The position numbers were made by a program, and so were the translations under genes. A DNA stretch of 64,000 bases from sequence record SRR31156797_986. One strand, 5' to 3'. The notes under the pieces are model-generated. The model had not been told where the DNA came from, made no database searches, and saw only the letters and a list, made by a program, of their open reading frames with translations. Shown in pieces: positions 28,835-36,991 of the stretch (within the stretch, counting starts at the first letter, position 1; each line of letters starts with the position of its first letter).

Positions 28835-29740
28835 ATGAAAATTTATTCAATCTTTATCGCCACATTGATATTTGTTCTGGCACATTTCAATGTCAAGGCC
28901 CAGCTTATTGTGCTCTCCGGATCAGAGCAGGGTTCCTATTATGAATTTGTGAATGACATCGCCAATGTAGTAAATGTTGATAGTGTAGATTTAATCACAA
29001 ATACCCCAACCGAAGGTGCAGCCATCAATCTTGAAAACGTTGCAGATCCTTCCTCTCCATATAAATTGGGACTGGTACAGGAAGACTACCTGTATTACAT
29101 GCAAAACAAGGACTTGATCCAGAACACCAATAAACTGAAAAACATCAAGGTTGTTATGCCGCTGGCAAAAGAGGAAATTCATCTTGTTACCCGGAAAAAT
29201 AAAGGTATCAACGATCTGCGTGACCTCAACGACAGTACCATGATTGCCATCGGCAAACGCAGCCAGGGCACATACACTACTGCAAATAACATCAAGGATA
29301 AGACCAGGATATTCTGGATGTCGATGCCAGTGCTTTACGAGGATGCCCTGCGTATGTTGCTCATCAATCAACTGGATGCATTTTTTGTGGTGGGCAGTGC
29401 CCCAATGGAGAAATTAAACATACACCCACAAGCCTTATCAACAGAAATAAAACTTGTCCCGCTGGTTGATTTTGACGGCTGGGCAAAATACTATGATGAG
29501 GATGTTATTACTGCCGGAACTTACAAATGGCTCGAAGAGGATGTACCTACATTCAGCGTTCAAACCCTGCTTGTGGTAAACGAGAAAAAGCTCACTGATG
29601 CGGATAAAGAGATGCTTGGTAAATTGATTGACGGTGTTGGTGAAAACCTTGAAACGTTAAAATCAAAAGGGCATCCCAAATGGAAAGAAGTGGATTTAAC
29701 GAATTGGAAGTCTGAAGATTGGCCTGTTTACGAAAAATAA
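28835..29740 (+). CDS. TAXI-family TRAP solute-binding protein
   Basis: SGSEQGSYY, TEGAAINL, GLVQED, EEIHLV, LDAFFVVG, HPKW. Confidence 0.85.
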   Translation: MKIYSIFIATLIFVLAHFNVKAQLIVLSGSEQGSYYEFVNDIANVVNVDSVDLITNTPTEGAAINLENVADPSSPYKLGLVQEDYLYYMQNKDLIQNTNKLKNIKVVMPLAKEEIHLVTRKNKGINDLRDLNDSTMIAIGKRSQGTYTTANNIKDKTRIFWMSMPVLYEDALRMLLINQLDAFFVVGSAPMEKLNIHPQALSTEIKLVPLVDFDGWAKYYDEDVITAGTYKWLEEDVPTFSVQTLLVVNEKKLTDADKEMLGKLIDGVGENLETLKSKGHPKWKEVDLTNWKSEDWPVYEK

Positions 29741-29750
29741 GAAAAATGAT

Positions 29751-29778
29751 AAGCTGCTGAACTGGCAGCTTTTTTTTT
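29751..29778 (+). terminator. Intrinsic terminator
   Basis: AAGCTGCT-GAAC-TGGCAGCTT then T-run. Confidence 0.65.
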
Positions 29779-29950
29779 GCCCGGCCTTGTTCCAGGGCAT
29801 TATCAAAGAATTAATAGAGCGCATAGGTTTGTGAAAATTTCCTAAAATCCCGGCGCTTCAAAAATTCAGAAATCGAATTGGTTATTTTTGAGGATCAAAA
29901 ACTCAGTTGGATTTTTTATATCTGAATCTAAAACATTTAAAACCAGTCCT

Positions 29951-32596
29951 ATGAAAACAGTTATACAATTTCGAAATTCGTTTTTATTGATTTTAATCAC
30001 ATCGTTATTTAGCCTTCCGCTTATGGCTGATGAGGTGCCGGTAGAAAAAGCAGGGCAAGCGGCTGCTAATTTTCTTATAACCAAATATGAAGCTGGCGGT
30101 TATCAAATTTCCGGTCTGCTTGAGCTGGAAGAAACATTTGTATATTCAGCAAAAAACCAGTTGAGTGCTGCGGTGAAATCCACCGAAGATCCGCTTTTCT
30201 ATATTTTTAATGTGGATAAGGAAGCGGGGTTTGTGATCATATCTGCAGATGACCGTGTATTACCGGTTTTGGGATATTCCATAAGCCAGGACTTCAGTGG
30301 TGAAAATTTGCCGGATGCACTCGTTTATATGCTGAACGGATATGCTGAGCAAATCAGTGAAGTGATCAGCAGTAAAGCTGTAAATTCAAATCGCGCGAAA
30401 TCGCAGTGGGCAGAGTTGCTTGCGGGCAATGGTACAGTGTTGTATAAATCGGTTTCATCCGTTGATCCGCTTGTGGCTACCACCTGGGATCAGGCGCCTA
30501 ATTACAATGTGCTTTGCCCGTTCGATAATCAATATCAACAGTTAACAGTTACGGGGTGTGTGGCTACAGCCATGTCGCAGATCATGAGGTACTGGGAGCA
30601 CCCTGCCCAGGGAATTGGTTTTCACAGCTACGATCACGACACCTACGGAACACAATCAGCAAACTTCAGTTCACAAACATATAACTGGTCAGCGATGCCC
30701 AATAACTTAAACGGTCCAAACGAGCCTGTTGCCATTATCATGAGGCACTGCGGTGTAGCTGTGGATATGGATTATGGTGTTGCCCAAACCGGTGGAAGTG
30801 CAGCATACGTTATTTCGAATGCCTCACCTGTTGAGCATTGTGTTGAATATTCGCTAAAAGAATACTTCGATTACTCAACGGATATGCAGGGTGTAATCCG
30901 GGAGTATTATGATGATGCCACCTGGCTGCAGTTGATGAAAACAGATTTGGATGCCGGCCGCCCCATTCAGTACGCCGGGTTTGGTTCCGGAGGTGGGCAT
31001 ACCTGGGTTTGTGATGGTTACGACAACAGCAACCTCTTCCACATGAACTGGGGTTGGGGAGGCGTTTACGATGGCTTTTACAGCCTCGATAACCTGGCGC
31101 CGGGTGTTGGTGGCGCAGGTGGTGGAAGTGGATCTTTTACCTCAGGACAGCAGGCACTCATCGGAATTGAACCCGCCGATGGTGGCGGTGGAGGAGGTGG
31201 TGGCTCATCAGCCTTCGACCTCAGAGCCTATTCTGATATTGCCATCAACCCAAACCCAATTGATTTTACTGGTGCATTTGCAGTAACACTGGATATCGGC
31301 AACTTTGAAGAAGAAAATTTTACCGGTAGCCTTGCCGCGATCCTGTTTAACAGCGACGGCGATTTTGTGGATTTCGTCCAGGAATTCAATGATGTAACCC
31401 TCGAGGCACTCAACGCTTATACCATCCCATTCGAAAATGACGGGCTACTTGCAACACCAGGTGATTATTATATTGGCATTTATTACAAGCCAACAGGTGG
31501 CGAATACCTGATTATTGGTGCCGGTGAGTATAGCAATTATGCGGCCACATCTATTGTAGGCCCACCCAACGATATGCAAATGTATTCGGCCATGGCCATC
31601 GATCCGCAACCTATTGTTGCCGGTGAAGGGTTTGAAATTGTGTTTGATATGGCAAATCTGGGCGCAAATACTTTTTCCGGGCTTGTATCTGCTGATTTGT
31701 ATGATATGGAAGGAAATTACCTTGAAGAGTTGGTTTCGGGTGAAGTGGAACTCGAAAGTGGATTTTATGGCACACTTACCTTTACCATCGGTGGAGTGGA
31801 TGTTGAAGCTGGTTCATATATTCTGGCAATCTGGGATCAGCCCAATGGTGGTGAATGGCAACTGGTGGGTTCTGATGAACATCCAAACCCGATCACCGTT
31901 GAAATAGCTGCACCCGGTATCCAGCCCGATCCTTACGAAGATAACAACGAACTGGGCGTTGCATTCAACTTTGCCCTGAATCTTTCGGGAAGTACGGCAG
32001 TTGTTACATCTGAGGGCTCAACCATACACGAAGGCAACGACCTTGATTATTATAAGATTGACCTTCCAGCGGGAAGCCAGTATAAATTCAATGCCCGGGT
32101 GCACGACAGCTACAACAGCGGAAACGGCAACACTTACACAGATGATGTGTTGTGGGCTTTCATCGTAGGCGATGAAACTTCCGAAGCTTTCGACGATGTG
32201 GCACCCTGGGAATTTGTGGTTAACGGAGGTAACACCATTTATTTTGTGGTTTCAAATTATTACCAGGGCAACACCGGTTCTTATTTACTCGATATGACCG
32301 TGGAAAAGGGAATCTTTGGTGTGGAAGAAATCATGGACGAGGATTTTGCCCGTATTTACCCGAATCCTTCTCAGGGCGAAATTTCACTTGATGTGAAAAA
32401 TTGGGAGGAAGTAGGGCTGCCTGCCACAATCGAGGTGAATAATTATGTTGGTCAGATTGTGTTCAGGTCAACCATATCCAGTGTGGGCAATCGCTCGAAT
32501 AAGTTACTGCTGTATGATCTTGAAAATGGCTTCTATACCCTGAAGGTTAGCGGACAGGACAAGTTCTTCGAAAAACAGATCATCATCATGAAATAG
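29951..32596 (+). CDS. C10 (streptopain-like) cysteine peptidase with Spi-like prodomain and T9SS CTD
   Basis: GFVIISADDR..PVLGYS prodomain; VTGCVATAMSQ catalytic Cys; GGHTWVCDGY His; FHMNWGWGG; YPNP CTD. Confidence 0.93.
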   Translation: MKTVIQFRNSFLLILITSLFSLPLMADEVPVEKAGQAAANFLITKYEAGGYQISGLLELEETFVYSAKNQLSAAVKSTEDPLFYIFNVDKEAGFVIISADDRVLPVLGYSISQDFSGENLPDALVYMLNGYAEQISEVISSKAVNSNRAKSQWAELLAGNGTVLYKSVSSVDPLVATTWDQAPNYNVLCPFDNQYQQLTVTGCVATAMSQIMRYWEHPAQGIGFHSYDHDTYGTQSANFSSQTYNWSAMPNNLNGPNEPVAIIMRHCGVAVDMDYGVAQTGGSAAYVISNASPVEHCVEYSLKEYFDYSTDMQGVIREYYDDATWLQLMKTDLDAGRPIQYAGFGSGGGHTWVCDGYDNSNLFHMNWGWGGVYDGFYSLDNLAPGVGGAGGGSGSFTSGQQALIGIEPADGGGGGGGGSSAFDLRAYSDIAINPNPIDFTGAFAVTLDIGNFEEENFTGSLAAILFNSDGDFVDFVQEFNDVTLEALNAYTIPFENDGLLATPGDYYIGIYYKPTGGEYLIIGAGEYSNYAATSIVGPPNDMQMYSAMAIDPQPIVAGEGFEIVFDMANLGANTFSGLVSADLYDMEGNYLEELVSGEVELESGFYGTLTFTIGGVDVEAGSYILAIWDQPNGGEWQLVGSDEHPNPITVEIAAPGIQPDPYEDNNELGVAFNFALNLSGSTAVVTSEGSTIHEGNDLDYYKIDLPAGSQYKFNARVHDSYNSGNGNTYTDDVLWAFIVGDETSEAFDDVAPWEFVVNGGNTIYFVVSNYYQGNTGSYLLDMTVEKGIFGVEEIMDEDFARIYPNPSQGEISLDVKNWEEVGLPATIEVNNYVGQIVFRSTISSVGNRSNKLLLYDLENGFYTLKVSGQDKFFEKQIIIMK

Positions 32597-32601
32597 CGGA
32601 G

Positions 32602-32624
32602 AGCGGCACCTGTGCCGCTTTTTT
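32602..32624 (+). terminator. Intrinsic terminator
   Basis: AGCGGCAC/GTGCCGCT stem then T-run. Confidence 0.65.
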
Positions 32625-32722
32625 GCTTTTGTTCACCTAATTATGGAAGTAATCTTGAACATTATTTCCATAATAAAGTTTGAGCGTATAGAATTCAAAA
32701 ATATCATCAAATTATTAATGAA

Positions 32723-33733
32723 ATGATTTCCAGAATTTCACTTACAGCTTTATTGATTTTAATTTTCTCTTTGGCATTCGGAGCCAACGATTCAATTGTG
32801 TTTAACAACGGAAACTTCATTGTGGGCGAAATCCAGGGAATGACCAGGGGGGTGCTAACAGTGGAAACCGATTACAGTGACAGCGACTTTAAAATTGAGT
32901 GGGGTGGTGTAGCCGAAATATATGGGGTGAATTTTTTCCTGATTAGTTTGACAGATGGAACAAGATTTACCGGAAGTTTTACTTCTGAGCCTGATGGAGG
33001 AGTTTTGTTAAAGGGCGAATTGACCATTTATGAAACAGAATTAAGTGATATAGTGTTCATCAAATCGGTTGATCAGGATTTTTGGAGCAGGGTGTATGCA
33101 TCCATCGATCTTGGCCTGAGCGTTGCCAAAGCCAATAACCTAAATCAACTAAATACACGTTCTAATATTGGGTACATTGCTGATCTGTGGTCAGTGTCCG
33201 GCTCTTATTCACAATTGTTCTCGGAGCAGGATGATGTGGAAGCAACCCGGAGAACCGACGCCTCAGGCTCCTTCAGTTATTTTTTGCCCAAAGACTGGTA
33301 TATCCCTGCCAGCCTGTCATTTTTGTCGAATACCGAACAAAAGCTCGATTTACGCTATAGCTCCCGTATCGGTCTTGGTAAGTATATAATCAATACCAAT
33401 AGTAAATATTTTGGGTTTTCGCTGGGTGCTTCCTATAACAACGAAAAGTATTCCACTGAAACTGAATACCGTAAAAGTTGGGAAGGGTTTGTAAGTGGCG
33501 AACTCAATTTATATGACATCGGCGATTTGAATTTATTGGTATCAGCAATCGTTTATCAGGGCTTAACAAACACAGATAGGTTTCGTTCTGATATTAAGTT
33601 TGATGCAAAGTATGACCTTCCTCTCGATTTCTACATCAGAGCCGGATTTACGCTGAACTATGATAACACACCTGCCGAAGGAGCGAGCGAAACCGACTAT
33701 GTGCTGGAATCCGGATTTGGCTGGGAACTATAG
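32723..33733 (+). CDS. DUF481-like outer-membrane beta-barrel protein
   Basis: Signal peptide, amphipathic strands, C-terminal GFGWEL. Confidence 0.7.
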   Translation: MISRISLTALLILIFSLAFGANDSIVFNNGNFIVGEIQGMTRGVLTVETDYSDSDFKIEWGGVAEIYGVNFFLISLTDGTRFTGSFTSEPDGGVLLKGELTIYETELSDIVFIKSVDQDFWSRVYASIDLGLSVAKANNLNQLNTRSNIGYIADLWSVSGSYSQLFSEQDDVEATRRTDASGSFSYFLPKDWYIPASLSFLSNTEQKLDLRYSSRIGLGKYIINTNSKYFGFSLGASYNNEKYSTETEYRKSWEGFVSGELNLYDIGDLNLLVSAIVYQGLTNTDRFRSDIKFDAKYDLPLDFYIRAGFTLNYDNTPAEGASETDYVLESGFGWEL

Positions 33734-33813
33734 TTCTTCACTGCTTCAACATTTGTTAGCCTTCATTCTGCTACTTCCGTACCCTGGCAATAAACATTTT
33801 GTATTTTTGCCGC

Positions 33814-34155
33814 ATGGAATCACAACGACAACAAAAAATTTCTAAAATGCTCCAACGTGAACTGGGAGAGATGTTCCAGCGCGAAGGGAAAGGCAGGTAT
33901 GGTGGAGCAATGATCACTGTAACGAAGGTTAATGTTACCAAAGACCTTTCGATTGCCCGGGTATTTTTAAGCCTGTTTGCAACCAGGGATAAAAAAAGTT
34001 TAATGGAATCCATAAAGTCTCACACAGGCGAGATCCGGTTTAATCTGGGTAAAAGGATTAGAAATCAGGTACGTCATATCCCTGATCTGGAATTCTTTGA
34101 GGACGATTCGCTGGATTATATCGAGAATATCGATAACCTGTTGCACGAAAATTAA
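33814..34155 (+). CDS. rbfA: 30S ribosome-binding factor A
   Basis: MESQRQQKI, ITVTKVNVTKDLSIARVF, RHIPDLEFFEDDS. Confidence 0.97.
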   Translation: MESQRQQKISKMLQRELGEMFQREGKGRYGGAMITVTKVNVTKDLSIARVFLSLFATRDKKSLMESIKSHTGEIRFNLGKRIRNQVRHIPDLEFFEDDSLDYIENIDNLLHEN

Positions 34156-34169
34156 CCAATTCAAAAAAA

Positions 34170-35006
34170 ATGGAATACGACCCGATAAAAAGATCGCTCG
34201 GTAGTTTTTTTAACCGTACACCGGCGGCGAGAAAAATGTTTTATCGTTTGCTCGACACATTGCTGCTCAGGACATGGCATGTGAAAAAGGCATTGCGAAA
34301 ATATTCGAAAAACCATGCCAGTCAAAATATAGATTTTCTCGATGCCGGTTCAGGATTTGGCCAGTATACTTACCATGTTTCAAAAAAGCATCCTGACTGG
34401 AATTTGCTGGCGGTGGATATCAAAACCGATCAGGTTGAAGACTGCCGGAAATTCTTCAGCAAGATTGGAACCAAAAATGTGGAGTTTGAATATGCTGACC
34501 TCACCAGGTTTATACGTGGTAATGCTTTCGACCTGGTGCTGTCGGTTGATGTGATGGAACATATTGAGGAGGACGTACAGGTGTTTAAGAATCTGAATCT
34601 ATCGATGAAAAAAGGTGGAATGCTGATCATTTCTACGCCTTCGGATCAGGGTGGTTCAGACGTTCACGACCATCACAAACACGAAGATTACGAAAATGAC
34701 GGAAGTGCTTCTTTTGTGGATGAGCACGTACGTGATGGTTACAATATTGATGAAATTCAAGAAAAGCTTAAAAAGGCGGGGTTTACCAAAATGGAGGCAA
34801 GGTACACCTATGGCTGGCCGGGCAAAATTTCATGGCGCTTATCCATGAAATATCCTATTCTGATGCTCAACACGTCAAAAATTTTCTTTGTAATCATTCC
34901 TCTTTACTATTTACTTACTTACTGGTTTGCTTTGCTGATGAATGTATTGGACGTTAGATTAAAACATAATACCGGCACAGGGTTACTCGTTAAAGCGTGG
35001 AAGTAG
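34170..35006 (+). CDS. Class I SAM-dependent methyltransferase
   Basis: FLDAGSGFG, DVMEHIEED, GGMLIISTP. Confidence 0.9.
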   Translation: MEYDPIKRSLGSFFNRTPAARKMFYRLLDTLLLRTWHVKKALRKYSKNHASQNIDFLDAGSGFGQYTYHVSKKHPDWNLLAVDIKTDQVEDCRKFFSKIGTKNVEFEYADLTRFIRGNAFDLVLSVDVMEHIEEDVQVFKNLNLSMKKGGMLIISTPSDQGGSDVHDHHKHEDYENDGSASFVDEHVRDGYNIDEIQEKLKKAGFTKMEARYTYGWPGKISWRLSMKYPILMLNTSKIFFVIIPLYYLLTYWFALLMNVLDVRLKHNTGTGLLVKAWK

Positions 35007-35009
35007 GAG

Positions 35010-35233
35010 AGAGGAGTTGGCGAAGAGGGCGAACGAAGCGACTTTAGCAAAGAAGGAGAACTAAGCGGAGTAGGCGAAGAAGGCGAACGAAGTGGAGTAG
35101 ACGAAGAAGGAGAACTAAGCGACTTGAGAGAACGGAGAGACATAAGCGACGAAGGCGAACGAAGCGAATTTAGCGACGAAGAAGAATGAAGCACTTAAGC
35201 GATGAATGCGAACGAAGCGACGGAGGAGACAGA
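35010..35233 (+). repeat. About 25 degenerate purine-rich 9-mers (RGMGAnnnn) with partial 27-nt higher-order period
   Basis: GGCGAAGAG GGCGAACGA AGCGACTTT AGCAAAGAA GGAGAACTA AGCGGAGTA ... Confidence 0.9.
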
Positions 35234-35263
35234 AGGAATTAGTGCATTGGAGAAGGTTTTGTT

Positions 35264-35300
35264 GCATAGCGCTGGGTGCATAGAGCAAAGCGCAGAAAGC
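35264..35300 (+). repeat. Five heptamers beginning GC (GCATAGC-like)
   Basis: GCATAGC GCTGGGT GCATAGA GCAAAGC GCAGAAA. Confidence 0.6.
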
Positions 35301-35398
35301 TTCCCCGGAGTCGTCAGAGACCTACAGACCTTAGATTATGAAACAACAATGACAACCTCACAACAATTACAGTAAATGACGCCGAGCGTAGCGAGGCA

Positions 35399-35485
35399 AA
35401 TAACTCAGTAACCCAATAGCCTAATAACGAATAACCAATAACGATAACGAATAACAAATAACTCAATAACGAATAACCAATTAAC
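35399..35485 (+). repeat. About 12 AATAAC(N1-2) tandem repeats
   Basis: AATAACTC AGTAACCC AATAGCCT AATAACG AATAACC AATAACG ... Confidence 0.9.
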
Positions 35486-35495
35486 TTTCCCTGCC

Positions 35496-36728
35496 ATCAA
35501 ATCATTCCCATTTTACATAGCGCGCAGGTACCTTTTTGCTAAGAAATCCCACAATATCATCAATGTGATATCTGGAATTTCCCTCACAGGTGTAACTGTG
35601 GGTACCATGGCGTTGATCATTGTTTTGTCTGTGTTTAATGGTTTCGAGCAATTGATCGTATCCCTGTTCAACTCCTTTAACCCGGATTTGGTGATCAGCG
35701 TAAAAAAAGGAAAGACATTCAATTATGATGCTTTTCCAGCTGATGAAATCAAAAATTTACCGGGCGTTTATGTGATGACCCGCGTAGTTGAAGAAAACGC
35801 GCTTCTCAGGTATCGCGACAAACAATACATTGCCACAATCAAAGGGGTCAGTGACGAATTTGAAATAATGAGCGGATTAGATACCATGCTTATCGATGGT
35901 GATTTCAGGCTCCACGATCGTGGAAAACCAAAAATGATCATGGGGGCCGGGGTTTCTTATTACCTCGGCGCCAGCCTGAACGATAAACTCAACCCGGTGA
36001 TTGTTTATGTTCCAAAACGGGAAGGCCGGATTGGAGTTCGTGTAGAGCAGGCATTTAATACTGAACGGATTTTCCCGTCCGCAATTTTTTCTATCCAACA
36101 GGATTTCGATACCAAATATGTGGTTGTTCCCATTGAATTTGCCCGTAAACTGCTGGATTATTCAAACGAAGTCACGGCTGTTGAATTGGGCATTTTGCAG
36201 GATTACGATGCGGATAAAGTTAAAGCAGACGCACTGAAGATTCTGGGCGATCGTTTTGAGGTTAAAAACCGTCTCGAACAGCAGGAACTGCTTTATAAAA
36301 TCATGCAATCGGAAAAATGGGCCATATTCCTGATCCTCACCTTTATCCTGATTATTGCATCTTTCAATGTGATCAGTTCACTCACCATGCTCATCCTCGA
36401 TAAGAAAAAAGATATTGCCATTCTACACAGCATGGGTGCCGGTAACAAACTTATCAAGCGGATATTCCTTCTTGAAGGGACAATGATCTCCATCGGCGGA
36501 GCTTTACTGGGGCTCGTGCTCGGCGGTGCTGTAAGCCTTTTGCAGCAGGAATTCGGTGTTATCAGCCTGGGCAATGGAACAGGTACCTTTGTAATCGATT
36601 CATATCCGGTTCAAATACAAATTTTTGATTTTATAATCGTGTTTGCAACAGTAATTATCCTCGGATTGCTTGCAGCCTGGTTCCCGGTGAGGCAAATATC
36701 CCACAAATACCTGGCCCAAAAGCTCTAG
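35496..36728 (+). CDS. LolC/E (FtsX-like) ABC transporter permease; start codon non-canonical or mutated
   Basis: In-frame (I)KSFPFYIARRYLFAKKSHNIINVIS extends upstream of ORF-track start 35565; IIVLSVFNGF, KKKDIAILHSMGA motifs. Confidence 0.85.
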   Translation: MKSFPFYIARRYLFAKKSHNIINVISGISLTGVTVGTMALIIVLSVFNGFEQLIVSLFNSFNPDLVISVKKGKTFNYDAFPADEIKNLPGVYVMTRVVEENALLRYRDKQYIATIKGVSDEFEIMSGLDTMLIDGDFRLHDRGKPKMIMGAGVSYYLGASLNDKLNPVIVYVPKREGRIGVRVEQAFNTERIFPSAIFSIQQDFDTKYVVVPIEFARKLLDYSNEVTAVELGILQDYDADKVKADALKILGDRFEVKNRLEQQELLYKIMQSEKWAIFLILTFILIIASFNVISSLTMLILDKKKDIAILHSMGAGNKLIKRIFLLEGTMISIGGALLGLVLGGAVSLLQQEFGVISLGNGTGTFVIDSYPVQIQIFDFIIVFATVIILGLLAAWFPVRQISHKYLAQKL

Positions 36729-36991
36729 GATTAACAGTTTTTTAACAGGATTGCTTTTGGGTTTTATCAAGAATTGTTCTTAATTTGGTGTAAATTATTG
36801 CGAACAGGCAACCTTATCATAAAAATGCATCTATTTTGTTGTTTGGAACGCACTTAATCGGTAATAATCAAAAGATTAAATACATTTAAATAGGTTGCAT
36901 GTATTAGGTAAAATCAAATAGAATTGTTATTTTTGCGAACTTTTATTTTCAAAATCAAATCATTAACTTTTTATAACTCAAACGCTTCGCC

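Noticed and set aside
34919-35194. Ser-rich 91-aa ORF on the minus strand
   Set aside because: By-product of the 9-nt repeat; overlaps the methyltransferase antisense
35010-35485. Possible CRISPR array
   Set aside because: Periods of 7-9 nt, no constant 25-45-nt repeat with unique spacers, no cas genes
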